From Eledone cirrhosa (lineage: Eukaryota), in the NCBI GenBank assembly GCA_964016885.1, contig OZ024756.1, positions 25,606,001 through 25,670,000 of the forward strand: DNA of 64,000 bases. Direction: 5' to 3'. Both the position numbers and the translations under genes were made by a program. The notes under the pieces are model-generated. The model was not told where the DNA came from. It worked only from the letters and a program-made list of their open reading frames with translations, and made no database searches. This document shows positions 30,596-43,036 of this stretch, piece after piece (the first letter of the stretch is position 1; every line of letters starts with the position of its first letter).

Positions 30596-32308
30596 TCAAT
30601 CACAACTGTTCTTTCCATCAGTATTTTCATCTTCCTTCTCTTTTTTCAAATCCATTTCTATTTTGTGTAAACTGACTGCCTCAAAGAACTGTTCTGTAAT
30701 AATACTAGTGGTACCATTTTGACTGACATGACTGTTTGGATGTTCAGTCTCTTCTTCAGAGGAGTATAGCTTGGTGATTTCGTCTTTAAGAGTCTCAAAG
30801 CCTTCTTTCTTATCAGAATCAACTAATTCCTGTTGTAGAGAAACCACATCATTAGTAGTTTGCTCTGGAGTAGATGAAGTCACCAGGTTTCTCTGGAAAC
30901 ATTCAAATAATTTGCTTTTTCTTATATTTGCACTGATTTTACGTTTCGTTTTGTTCTTCTGTGATGTGTTCTCCTTCTGCATACGATGTGCACTCCTCCG
31001 ATGTAAGGCTAGAGTGCCTGACTGAGTAAATGCTTTGGGGCAGTCTGAGCATTTAAAAGGTTTTGTGTTGGTGTGCACACGCATATGGGTTGTGAGATGG
31101 GCAGACAGAACAAATTTCTTTTCACAGATGTTACATGCATAAGGCCTCTCGCCAGTATGCACCCGTGTATGGGCATCAAGATGGTTCTCATCTATGAAAG
31201 TTTTTAGACAAAATGTGCAACGAAAAGGTCGGAGTTTTCCTTTCTCATCTCTCTTACCAACATTCGCTTTATTATAGCGACAACAACGCTTATGCTTTGC
31301 TAACTGACTTGAACGTGCAAACAAACGGCTACAGTCTGGGTACGTACACTGAAAAGGTTTCTCGCCAGTATGGGTTCGTGTGTGGACAGCCAAATGGCTA
31401 GAGTCGACAAAAGATTTCTCACATTGGTCACATTTGAAGGGTTTCTCACCTGTGTGAGAACGGATATGTAGAGTTAGATGACTGGACTGAGCGAAACTTT
31501 TCTGGCAGTGTTCACACCGGTAAGGCCGTTCACCACTGTGCTTGCGAAGATGTACAATTAACTGACCAGCATGAGTAAAAGACTTGGAACAAATGTCACA
31601 GATATGAGGTTTTACACCTGTATGTATTTTGGCATGATGTGTTAAGTCACTGGACTGTGTGAAAGATTTGTTGCAGTGGTCACATTTATAAGGCCTATCC
31701 CCTGTATGAGAACGCATGTGGACGGTGAGATGGCCTGAATATGTGAACTTTTTCTGGCAAAGTTTACACTGGAATGGTCTTTCGCCAGTATGCACTCTCA
31801 TATGTGCAGCCAACTGACTCGAGTATGCAAATGCTTTATCACACATGTCACATTTTTGCATTTTTTCTGGAGTGTGTGTTTTCTGATGTGTCACATAGGC
31901 ACGGAACAGAGGGAACACCTGGTCACATTGTTCACAAGGGAACACAACTTTGTTTTTATGCATCGATTTCTCATGATGAGCCAGTTTTCCTTGTGTGGAA
32001 AAGACGTCTTTGCATTCGAAGCACTGGTAGACTTTGGGGGGTTTTGAATGGACTTTTCTATGAAGGTTGAGGTAAAATGGTTTGGTGAACATTTTAGGAC
32101 AGAGGTCACACTGGTACGGTTTATTTAGTGGATGGACCTGTTTACTGTTGGACATTTCACTGGAAGCAATTATCACTTCTGGCGATGAACATCTCTCGTC
32201 TTCTACAGACTCAAAGTTTTTGCTACCATTGTTCATTGTTTCAGCTGCTAAAGAACAGGCTTTGCTCTCGAAAAAGTCTTCAACTGAAGAATTCGTACTA
32301 TCTTCCAT
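30596..32308 (-). CDS. C2H2 zinc-finger protein, 13 fingers (one C2HC variant); single coding exon (570 aa)
   Basis: Intact ORF with TGERPF/TGEKPF linkers; upstream acceptor ttttctcttcag at 32627/32626 suggests a 5' UTR intron. Confidence 0.95.
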   Translation of the reverse strand: MEDSTNSSVEDFFESKACSLAAETMNNGSKNFESVEDERCSSPEVIIASSEMSNSKQVHPLNKPYQCDLCPKMFTKPFYLNLHRKVHSKPPKVYQCFECKDVFSTQGKLAHHEKSMHKNKVVFPCEQCDQVFPLFRAYVTHQKTHTPEKMQKCDMCDKAFAYSSQLAAHMRVHTGERPFQCKLCQKKFTYSGHLTVHMRSHTGDRPYKCDHCNKSFTQSSDLTHHAKIHTGVKPHICDICSKSFTHAGQLIVHLRKHSGERPYRCEHCQKSFAQSSHLTLHIRSHTGEKPFKCDQCEKSFVDSSHLAVHTRTHTGEKPFQCTYPDCSRLFARSSQLAKHKRCCRYNKANVGKRDEKGKLRPFRCTFCLKTFIDENHLDAHTRVHTGERPYACNICEKKFVLSAHLTTHMRVHTNTKPFKCSDCPKAFTQSGTLALHRRSAHRMQKENTSQKNKTKRKISANIRKSKLFECFQRNLVTSSTPEQTTNDVVSLQQELVDSDKKEGFETLKDEITKLYSSEEETEHPNSHVSQNGTTSIITEQFFEAVSLHKIEMDLKKEKEDENTDGKNSCD

Positions 32309-33743
32309 TTTGATCCCACGTGTGCGGAATAGTGTAATAAATTATATGTCACTTAAATATACCAAAATCTGAGAGTAGAACTGTCTGAAGATATAACAGA
32401 ATAAAAATAAAACAGAGAAATTCTCTCTCCATTTGATCTTCTATGTTTTCTATGTAATGCTAATGCTAAACCCAAAACTTATTTGGAAAAAATGGGTTTA
32501 CAGTCAGTCATAAGTATATTTTAATTTCATTGAGATGAAAGGATCAAAAAGGAAGAAATTCAAATCATCTTTCTTCTGATGGATCACTATGGCTGTCAAT
32601 GGTTTCAACATTTTAACAAAGCAGACCTGAAGAGAAAAGAAGAAAAATAATTTGAATTAAAATAAAGAAAATTATTTTTTAGAGATCAAGAAAAGAGGTG
32701 TAAGATTTAAAGAAGTAAAAAGAACCTGGGTCAAGAGGATCAACTAAAAACTTTAAAAACAGTGCCCCAGCATGACCATGGTTTAATGGCTGAAACCAGT
32801 CACAAACAATGCCCAGTCTTACACAGACGAGGAAAAAGAAAGAAGCTGATCATCAGATCAGACCAATGAAGCAATGTTTCCATTGGTTTTTCTATTGTTG
32901 ATACTATCTGTAGATCACAACTCCTGACAAAAGAAAGGAGCTGATCATCAGGTCAGACCAAGGATACGATGTCTCCATAGGTCTTACCATTGTTCATACT
33001 ATCTGTCAATCATAACTTCTGTCAGAAGGAGCTGTGATTTGAAATCAGAACTCACACCAACATATGTAAACACAAACACACAAACACACAACGTTTTCAA
33101 TATGCACACATATGAAAGCACAGTAGTAATAACAGCAAGAATCACCATCATCATGGCTATTGATAAATTAAACAGGAAGCCGTAGAGGCAGGCCAAGTTA
33201 AAAGGTTTCTTGCCAAAGGGAGTTAACTCGACGAGTAACAATATAATAATTAGGCAGATGGCTTTGGGCAAGTTGTCGAGGGAGATTTGACATAGCGACT
33301 ATGGAATAGGTTTAATTAGGCACAGAGCTGCTTCAGCCTGGGGAGAATGTTGTTTTGCATGCTTGATTCACCACTGAATAACGTTTGTTCCATCTCTGTC
33401 TTTCATACATTCATATACACAAGCAGTACTTTCTTTCACATATTGTGTGTGTACCATCACCATCATCACGGTTTTACGTCCATTTACCACACTAGCATGG
33501 GTTAGACGAGTTGTCCTGTTGTAGGCAATGTTAGGTTAGGTGACCATGTCTTGCTCATACAGAACTGATTTTGGCTTGGTTTCACCAGTTGGATGCCCTT
33601 CCTAACGCCAACCTCATTTACAGTGTGGACTGGGTGCTTTTTGTCGTGACACCTACATGATCACTTTACAGTGTGGGCAGAGTGCTTAAAAATATATATT
33701 TTTTTTTTTAAAGTCCCGCATGGCTAAAAACATACAAATAAAT

Positions 33744-34158
33744 AAAAATATGGGCGAAGACAGGAAAATGAACGAACACAGAGTAGTCCCATCTCATCAG
33801 TCGACTGCTAGAGATACGTTGTTTCGGTATTTTAAGGTCGACACAACTGGCTTTAGTTCACAAGGGACAGTAACAAATGGATAAAAGACAAGACAATAGT
33901 CTTAACGACTATTTACAAATAATAGCAAATTAGTCACTAACCCATGAAAAGATATTGACAAGGCCCAACATATCGATTAACCAAGAAGGAGAAGAAGAAA
34001 TAGAGAATATGCAAACACCATTTGTTACTGTCCCTTGTGCACTAGAGACAGGTGTATTGACTTTAAAGCACTGAAACAATGTCTCTAACAGGTGAGTGAT
34101 GATGAGATGGGACTACTGACTGTGTTTGTTCATTTTCCTGTCTTTGGTCATATTTTTA
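33744..34158. mobile_element. Fold-back element: ~140-bp inverted arms around a ~137-bp spacer
   Basis: 33744-33880 is the imperfect reverse complement of 34018-34158 (e.g. caagggacagtaacaaatgg / ccatttgttactgtcccttg; gtagtcccatctcatca / tgatgagatgggactac). Confidence 0.85.
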
Positions 34159-34859
34159 GTCACACTCACACACACATATATACACATACACACACACAAC
34201 AACAATTTCACATATTGTAAGTGTAAATGTGGTTGGAGTTAGGAAGGGCATCCAGCCGTAGAAAACCATCCAGAAGCAGTCCTATATGAGCGAGACACAG
34301 TCACCCAACCCAACTTGCCTCTAATGGGACAAACCCGTCTAACATGGGAAATAGACGATGATATATATATATATATATATATGTGTGCGTGTATGCACAG
34401 ACAATAACACTTACACAAATTTTGTGTGTGTGTGTATATATATAATATGTGTATATATAATATATATACATATAACAATAACATTTCACGGAGCCCGATG
34501 TAAATCCACAATCAGCAAAACAAGGTGAATCTTCTTATCGTTGGTATAATCCGTAAAATTAGTGTTAAGAATCAATCCTGTATAAATGTGATGATACAGA
34601 GCACATAAATAATAATGCAACAAATAACAAAAATAAAAACTAAATCCTTTTATTCCTCTAACACGTGTTTCTGTACAAATAAACAAAAGTAAAAAAAAAT
34701 ATTGTTCCAGCTCCATTAAGATATATAATTAATATTTTTATATATCACAGATCTCAAATGGCTTTTGAGTCCTGAAACACCCGTCCTCAAATAATACAAT
34801 ATCTCATTTCGCACCTTTCTTTTCAGTTTTGCATGGTTTACCCTCTCAGTTTTAACTAT

Positions 34860-35250
34860 AGCTAACGCTGCAGTGACTTCATCAAGCAATGACCCGTATT
34901 CGGACTCCTTATTTGGTGCTTAAACTTGTACCCCCCCCCCCCCCCCACAGAGACTTATCTTTCAGCCTAAGCTTCAAGAGGTAAATCCTCCCTCCTAACG
35001 AGATCCAGTCCATAACACATTCTGACAGCAGGGAGCTTGTATCCCCACTCCCCCTTGTGCAGTCATTTCTGGTCCACACCTGAATATTAGAGTTTCCTTC
35101 CTTCATCTAAATCTACAGTATCAGAGCCACGGAACTTTGTGGAGGAAACCCTGACTATATCTAGCCGGTAGCATCTAGCCTCCCCCACTAATTCCTGCTC
35201 CTTACCTGTAAGGGTTATGATGTTGCAGGTTCCAAATATTAATGTTTGCT
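34860..35250 (-). mobile_element. RTE-clade LINE, degenerate AP-endonuclease N-terminus
   Basis: GTCNIITLTGKEQELVGEARCYRLDIVRVSSTK...ECVMDWISLGGRIYLLKLRLKDKSL...VQV*APNKESEY, with stops and frameshifts. Confidence 0.8.
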
Positions 35251-35989
35251 CCCTTCCGGACTCTCTTTGGGGGTCTCAGGATACACAATCTTTGTGCATC
35301 CATCCCATGCCTCCCAAGACAGGTCGCAGACCCATCACTAGTTTTTGCAGCATGAACTGGAGACAGCAATATATTTTTCGAACAGGCACCTGTACCTAAG
35401 GCCTGAACACATTCTTTGTTAACCCACGCGAAGGACGATGTGCTATAGTTCTCTTTTTTATTTTCCTCATCTCAGCAGAGCTGTTCTGCTAGAGAATGGG
35501 TCACAGGTGGCCGATAGTGATACGGCCACCATATATGATGGCTAGTTGCGATATAAGTGGGCAACTGCCGGATGAATAAGCAACCCCGGACCAACGGCAG
35601 TAAACTACTCGAGGAGATGGAGCAATGGGTGACACCTGTAGATCCCAAGAAAACTCTCACAACCCAGTTTCATAGCTATGCCTCTAAGAAAGCCTAGTCT
35701 TTGTGGGTTTGACAGTACCAGATTGGTGTCTGGTATGAATAAAACTGAAACTCCACTGAGATCAACATACAAAATATCCCCATTAGGCGATGCTCCAGTA
35801 TGGCCTCAGCTATGATGGCTAAAACATAAAGAACTATAGGAACCCAGTCCTGAATCTCTTTTTCACTAACTATGAAATTAGAATGAACAGTGCAGGTAAC
35901 AACAGAACGCTGATGGACACATACCTTGGTATTAAATTAGAATAAATACTGTAGGTAACAACAGAGCTTGTGTGGACTTACACCTGGGT

Positions 35990-36430
35990 ATTAAAATAGT
36001 ATGTAGGTTTCTCCCTATGTACAAAAGGACGGACTGTATGACGCCTGTGTGCGAAGTGCAATGCTGCATGGTAATGAAACGGGCAGTGATTGCAAAGGAC
36101 ATGTGGAGACTAGAGAGAAATGAAGCAACCATGGTTCGTTGGATGTGCATTGTAAATTTGAGAGAAAGGCAAAGCATGGATGAACTGAGGGAGAAGCTGG
36201 GTTTAAAAGGAATCTGATGTGGTGTGCAAGAGAAGACCGTGTTAGTACATACATGTAATATGCATGAATGATGATTAGTGGGTGAAGTGCTAGTGGAAGG
36301 AAGCCGCAATAGAGGTAGACCAAGGAAGACCTGGGCAGAAGTGGTGAGAGCTGACCTCAAATCGCAGAGATCAGAGGAGATGAAGGAATGTGATGAGTGG
36401 AGAGATGCTGTACTGAGAAGGACACTCCAA
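35990..36430 (+). mobile_element. RTE LINE 3' fragment, degenerate
   Basis: RLERNEATMVRWMC...ELREKLGLKGI and GSRNRGRPRKTWAEVV; same family as 560-975. Confidence 0.88.
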
Positions 36431-37581
36431 CCCATGATGATGAAGAGTGCAAGTATAATGAGAGAACCCTGGTGGACACATAACTGGATATTTCTCAATT
36501 TCTTCTAATTCTGACTAATAAAGTCCAAGATAAACGGTTCCCAATCAATGGTCTGCTGAACCCTGTGGAGACATAGAGATGTGTGAAGCCCTGGGGGCCC
36601 ATGAGCTAAGTTCCAAATTTCTAAATGTGTAATAACTCACTATGAGGACGATAATAGTAAACAAAATGTCTAAATCATTTCGAAATCTATATGAATGTTT
36701 AAAAACTGTTATTGTACCTAAAATTTGGAAGATACTATCACCAAAGCAGCATCAACCATTTCATTAACTTATTTAACTGAGTGTATCAGTTACATATATT
36801 TCAATTGAGAGACGAAACTGAGAAATTATCTTATTATGTAAACAGACTTTCAAAAGATTGAAGTCTATAGGGAAATTCATTTAGCCATTTTGATAACAAA
36901 CCGTCTGAAACCACCTCTAGTATTTATACTTATCTAAAAACTTTTCATTATAATTTTATGTAAGAACACCAGCTTAATAATGAGAAAGTTAGTTTACTCA
37001 ACCCATTCGATGTCATGATTATTTTCCAAATTATTTAAATATATTCAGTAAATGAAAGCATTAACGAACGGAAATGAAAGTATTATGTTCCCTTTCAAAT
37101 AATCGCAACAAACTATGAAATGACAACATAAACACCGGAATGGAATATATGTTGGACTCAATACGATCGAATCAGCACTGCCATAGTTGTACTCCAATGA
37201 CCTAAACCAGCCAAAAAAGGAATGAGAGTAATAGAGAGGGAGTGTAAAAAAGACTTGTACTTTATTCATCGACCTCGAATGAATGGAAAGCAAAGTTAAC
37301 TTCAGAGGGATTTGAACTCTGATCACAAAGTTAGAACGAACACTACAAAGCAAACTAATATTCGAACAATTGCCAATTCGTCGCCTATATATATATATAT
37401 GTGTGTGTGTGTACGTGTGCCTGCGTGTGTACACACAGCATCTTCAACACACAGCATCTTCAGACATGCATCTAAGAGAAAAGATTTTTCTATTTTAAAT
37501 AGACATAAATATGTCTATATCTATTTTTCAATGTTGTCACCATATAAATAAAGCCGCCAGCATATGCATGAATTGGAGTTG

Positions 37582-37617
<36 letters not shown>

Positions 37618-37618
37618 T

Positions 37619-37790
37619 AGGGAATGTAACGTGCAGTTACTGGAGGTTCATCCAGCAAAGTCCGAGATTTTGATTCCAGAGTCGAGCTAGATCAATACAG
37701 ATTGAACATTGAGCTGATCAATAGCGAAACGCGCGTCACTACTCAATAAACGTAATGAAGACACAACAAATCGCCCTTTTATTATTATTA
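37619..37790 (+). repeat. Second copy of the 4960-5160 repeat, containing a hammerhead-like motif
   Basis: CTGATCA-ATAGC-GAAA-CGCGCG-TC at 37714-37737. Confidence 0.65.
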
Positions 37791-38284
37791 AAATAAAGAA
37801 ACCATTATTATTATTATATATATATATATATGTGTGTGTTTGTGTGAGTACCGGGTTCAATCGGGGGTAACCACAGTAAGGTACTCAATACATAGAGTAT
37901 AATGATTTCCTTTAAATGAAACAGTTCTAGTCCTGTAGAAGCCATTTCTATATCAAATCTTATATACATGTGTGTGTGTGCGCGCGTATACACACACGCA
38001 CATGTGTAAGGCATGTATTATGTTCGTGAAAATGTATCGATCGACTGAAATAAGTTGCCGGCAGTCCACGACAGTTTCGATTTCCAGTTAATGACGGTTC
38101 ATCATTTAATTCACGCTGAATTTAGTCTTAAAATCACAAATGCCACAGTTAACTATTTTCCCAACAGGGCTGGTCATCTATTAATGGATACCCTAGATTA
38201 CGAAAGGTCAAACAATTGACTCTGTACTGCATTAGTGCGTGCGTCAGAGAAAGAATCTACTATTGATATACGGGTTTCTGTTTA

Positions 38285-38327
<43 letters not shown>

Positions 38328-38473
38328 CCAGATGAAACAGTAGCTGAAACTTCGAAGTTACTGTCCCCTTTCTCTTCTTCAGAAAATATTTTTTACAATC
38401 TACTCACATGTAAGAATCTCATTCAGCTAATGCTTGAGCGATTTAAGTACACTGGTATTTAAAACACCCAGTT

Positions 38474-38508
<35 letters not shown>

Positions 38509-38710
38509 CGTGCATGTAAAAAGATAGTTATGTGCTCGTGTGTATGTCGAAAAAACAAACAAACAAATAAATTCGGGGACGGTATGACGGTGTTGGTTGC
38601 TTGAGTAAAATGGCCTAAATTGGTCACCACGATGTTGAGCTGTACTTTCTCTCCCTCTAATTTCCTATCACTTTTGTCCACCATCACCACCCTTCCTTTA
38701 CTTATTTCTC

Positions 38711-38767
<57 letters not shown>

Positions 38768-40099
38768 AAGCAGGGAAAAGCGGGCGTATGATGATGATGA
38801 TGATGATATATATATCTTATTCATAACTAGGCTGATGAGGTCAAGAAGCTTTAGACATCCGACAATTTTCCCATGGTTTAATTAAACGGTTTTGCCAAAG
38901 CACACAAACTCAGTCGTCCTCGACAACCAAGTGTTTTTATTTGGTCGCACGACCTGTTAAAAATAGCAGCCAAATTACCTTTAAAACACACCCTCATAAA
39001 AATGGGGGACAGATTATATTAAATAAGGTAGTCACTGTTGTATAAAAAGACGGGATGACAGTCAGAGTGTTTTTATTTAGTGGGCTGATCTGGGTCTAAG
39101 CAACAACATCCAAAGAGAATATGAAAGCACTTACCTAGATTAATGTAAAGGGGATCAAGACAGGATTGCTTGTTGGTTGACCGTTTGGTGTTGAATCTTT
39201 GAATACAGTGTATATGTGAGTGGATGTATGTGTTTCAAAACGAGATGCTGACAACGCAGACCGAGCCCCCGGGCTATGTGAGGAGACAGATAGTTTGTAA
39301 AGAAAAGCAACAACGATAATATATATTTATATGTATGCAGTAAGGCGAATGAAACATCAGCAGCACAAAACATACTGAAGCTGAAAGCTTGTTGGACGAA
39401 GCTATTCCGCTAATTAACTTATTATTATATTATACTAAACTAATAATAACAACTACGGAGTGGATGGATATATATAAGTCTGCACTGGAAAAGCATAACA
39501 AAAAAAAAAATAAATAATAGCCCAGTCAAACAACCGTTCAACCCTGACCTGTCTGTAATCCTCCCCCAACAAAATTGAGAACAATGTGGAATCTGAAATC
39601 AAGAGAAGATAACTTTGCCTCGTGTTTTTCTACTTCGTCTTTTTCTTGTCCTTATTATTATCTTCTTTTTTTTCTTCAAGTACTGTTCCCTCTCTCTTTT
39701 ACTTTCATTACTTCCTCCTCTTCCACCCATTTCTGTCCCTAGAGGGCGTTACTGCAGTGCACAACCGTGCTTAGTGATGCTTATCACAAAGAGAGAGTGG
39801 ATAGACAGAAAGAGAGGGAAAGAGAGGAAGAACGAGAAACACACAGAAAGATATTTGTATATATAAATATATAACTATATAGAGAAAGAAAAAGAGATAG
39901 AGAGAGCCACTACTTTCCTTCAAAACAACAATAGTTGAAGTGAATGTTTGTGGTGAATGTTACTCACAAATAAGTCAGTGTTATTTATGATCTGTTTATT
40001 TATTTGAATTATCAAGTGCGTGTGTGCGCTGATGTTCTCTCTCTCTCACTCACTGCCTCCGCCTACATCGCTCTCTCCATCTCTCACTTTTATGAGCAA

Positions 40100-40925
40100 A
40101 TGGGGGGTTCACGCGCTGGCCCCGCGGTCCCGGCGGACAGAATAGAGAAAGCGTTTCCCCGGAGGATGGTGAGAGAGACACGTTGGAAGAGTCAAGGCGG
40201 GTAGCCAACTCCGTGCCGATGGTGGTGAGTAGGGAGGTGGTCCTAGGGCAAAGGATACCGGCTACGGGCTCGACCGCAAACCTGTCGGAGAGCGACAGAT
40301 ATTTGGAGAGTTTACCCACCTCGACCCGAAGTGCAACAGAGCCTAGATTAGTCATAGAGTGCACCCGGTTGCCACTGGAGAAAGTGTTGCTGCATATGCT
40401 GTCTCAGATGAGGGGGTTATCATTGCGAAACGGAAAGATAGTTATGCTGCCTGGACCTTTGCCGCCTCCTTGGCTCGAGCTGAGAGGAAAAGCCTGCAGC
40501 GTCCAAGCCATGCTATATGATCTCGTCGAGAGCAGCATGGTATGGAAAGCGGTCGGCACTGTAGCGACAGAACAGCGGGTGAGGACCGAAAGAGTGTACT
40601 GTGGATCCGCTGCGACATTTATGTGGTTCGCAGATCCGAAGGACAAGTCTCAGTGAAACCTCGATTTGCACGCTATCGTTATCCAGCTGCGTGCCAATCG
40701 AAAAAGAAAGTAAGGCATTGAGCCAGGCACTGCTGTGGGGTTGCGAGGCGGAGCTGGTGCGCTAGCCTGACCGAGGCCACACCGCACTGGATGGCATTTC
40801 ATGTGCTCCGGGAAGGATTTGACTACTACAGGGGGAAGAGGAGGAGGGACGTTTACTGGGCGGAGTCCGAGCTGGTTTCAAGGCTCTCGAGTGGCCTCGC
40901 GTTCCCCGATCACAGTGGGTTCCAT
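40100..40925 (-). mobile_element. Degenerate CRE-like non-LTR retrotransposon 3' fragment (zinc knuckle plus restriction-like endonuclease)
   Basis: Minus-strand translation across stops and a frameshift: SASQPHSSAWLNAL...LDNDSVQIEVSLRL..ICEPHKCRSG...HPLFCRYSADRFPYHAALDEII*..AAGFSSQLEPR / GKGPGSITIFPFRNDNPLI*DSICSNTF...KLSKYLSLSDRFAVEPVA. A GC-rich island in AT-rich DNA. Confidence 0.82.
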
Positions 40926-41189
40926 ATGACAGTGGTGGACATGGTTGTATGTAATGATGTTGACGATGAGATCATGATGATGATGATGGGGATTGAAGTA
41001 GAGGTGAGAACGCTGGTAATAGTAGTGGGTACGATGAAGATAATGGTGATGGCGGTAATGATGGTGGTGGTAAAAGCCAGAAGTATGAGGGAGGAGGCGG
41101 TAGTGCTAGTGGCGAAAAGTTAAAGCGCGTATTTTCTTAAGTTCCTCAATTAACAAGATTCTTCTCCTCTTTCTTTTTTCTCTCTTTTC

Positions 41190-41310
41190 TCGAACACAAA
41201 TACTCGGGCATTCGTATAGATACATCAGGGCAAGAAGAAGCTGACCATCGATCCCATACTCCTGCAGAACCTTCCACAGCAGATCCCATGGAACGCGGTT
41301 CATAACGACT
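41190..41310 (-). mobile_element. LINE RT fragment (RTE-like)
   Basis: RVPWDLLWKVLQEYGIDGQLLLALMYLY matches the RT segment that follows the KAFD motif. Confidence 0.75.
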
Positions 41311-42163
41311 CGGGTAATAGTAATAATAATTGTTTCTACTTTTGGCACAAGGCCAGCAATTATCTCAGTGTATTACTGGTGCTTTATTTTATCGACCCCG
41401 TAAGGATGAAAGGCGAAGTTAACCTCGGCGGGATTTGAACTCAGATCATAAAGGGCCGTAACTCTATGCTGCAAAACATGGTGCCCGACTCTCTACCGAT
41501 ACTGAGGCACAATATCAGCAATTTGGGGAGAGGGGGAAGTCGATTAAATCGACTTCAGTGCGAATAATAATACAAGATCATTACGATAACAGTTAAGAAA
41601 ATCGGGTAAAGTACCCGTGGTGATGAAAAAAAAAAAGTGGATACAGGTGCTTGCTAGGAATCGAACTTCGCATATCTGCGGTCGACTACATATCAAATGT
41701 CGCCACTCTAAAAATACGGAATTAGTAACCAGGACACTTTTGCGTAATGGTTAACGCATTCACCCATCGCAAATAAACGACACGTTGAACAAATATAACC
41801 CTCGATGCACAAAAGACCCTTGTGTTTACGGTCAGAGCACTTTCTATCATAGGTTTCTTTAATCAAGGAGGACAGGGACCTAAATAACAACAAATACCTC
41901 GTTCCCACGTTCGAGTTAAATATAGGTCGATTCTACTGTAGAAAAGCAACCCTTTTGTCAACTCCCAAACAGGTGAAAGGGTAAAAGTAACTTTTGTGAT
42001 ATTTGAAAATAGTACAAAAAAGACTAATGAAATATCGCGCTCAGAACACGAGTGCGTGAGAATATATAAATATTTTTGAGAAAACTGCAGTTATCTCCCC
42101 TGATTTTATTGACACCCGTCTTGCATTTTTTCATTCATTTTCCGCCCAGCATATTAGTTAACG

Positions 42164-42271
42164 ATGCCTCACTTAAGTATCGCCACGAATTTACCTCGGG
42201 AGAAAATCCCGCAAGATTTCTTAACCAAAGCCACAAAAATGATGTCGAAGCAGATTGGCAAACCTGAAAAA
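42164..42271 (+). CDS. MIF: Macrophage migration inhibitory factor, exon 1 (108 bp)
   Basis: MPHLSIATNL...IGKPEK with catalytic Pro after the initiator Met; donor GTAAGT at 42272. Confidence 0.93.
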
Positions 42272-42863
42272 GTAAGTTTGCTAAAGAGCGAAATATTTTA
42301 TTCGAATATTCGCCCCTTATCGGGTGGCGGTTTTTCTTTATATTTATTTAGTTCGTTTGAGAATTTGAAATACTATACTGTCTGACAATAAGGAAGGAAA
42401 TACAGCTATGACCAACACGTCATTTCATTTTTTTGTCCCCTAGATATAGTGTAACTTGGACGACATTATCTAACGTATCCTTTCATTTTTCTAAGAGCGG
42501 GGTGTGTCAGTTAATTTTTATTATTACACCCGTTTCGGAGTCAGGTGTAATATATAAATATATATATGTTTAATCTTAAAGGTAGTTAGTTGATAGGTTT
42601 GATTCGAGTTTTAAAGGTGAAATTTATGTTTTTTAAAAATGTGTTTTGAAGGAATATGACCTTCAAAACCGTCGTAAATTACTGGTTTTCTGTTCTCTCA
42701 TCCGCGAACCCCATAACACACATGTCCGAGACGGGTGTAGTAACAGAAATTTACCGATTTGTCTGCTATTTCTAACTGAGGAGAGGAAGATATCAAAATA
42801 TTGGGACTGGGACTTGACCAACCGTTTTCTTTCAGCAGTTAATGTTTTTTGTTTTTGTTGCAG

Positions 42864-43036
42864 TTTTTCACCATTTCTGTCCATCCTGACACAATAATGA
42901 GTCATGGAGGATCCACTGATCCTTGTGCTTCAGTTCAAGTGACTTCCATTGGAAAACTAGGACCAGATGTCAACAAGGATCATTCTGAAAAGATTGGGAC
43001 ATTTATTCATGAGAATTTAGGGATTCCAATGGATAG
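42864..43036 (+). CDS. MIF: MIF exon 2 (173 bp)
   Basis: Acceptor ttgcag; FFTISVHPD...GGSTDPCA...SIGKLG...LGIPMDR; donor GTATGT. Confidence 0.93.

Noticed and set aside
32830-33040. ~94-bp two-copy tandem repeat (also short tandems at 10175-10310 and 15950-16080)
   Set aside because: Local duplications of dispersed repeat fragments (a related sequence lies at ~52215-52285); no sign of function.
38830-38870. Hammerhead at CTGATGAG
   Set aside because: No downstream GAAA/stem III/UH in a suitable position.
40050-40925. Structured ncRNA (7SK, RNase P/MRP, telomerase RNA) or plus-strand 157-aa ORF in the GC island
   Set aside because: Better explained by minus-strand CRE-like retrotransposon protein motifs; no diagnostic ncRNA motifs found.
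41640-41710. tRNA gene (GTTCGATTCC B-box on the minus strand); similar at ~20070
   Set aside because: No complete cloverleaf; consistent with decayed SINE heads.
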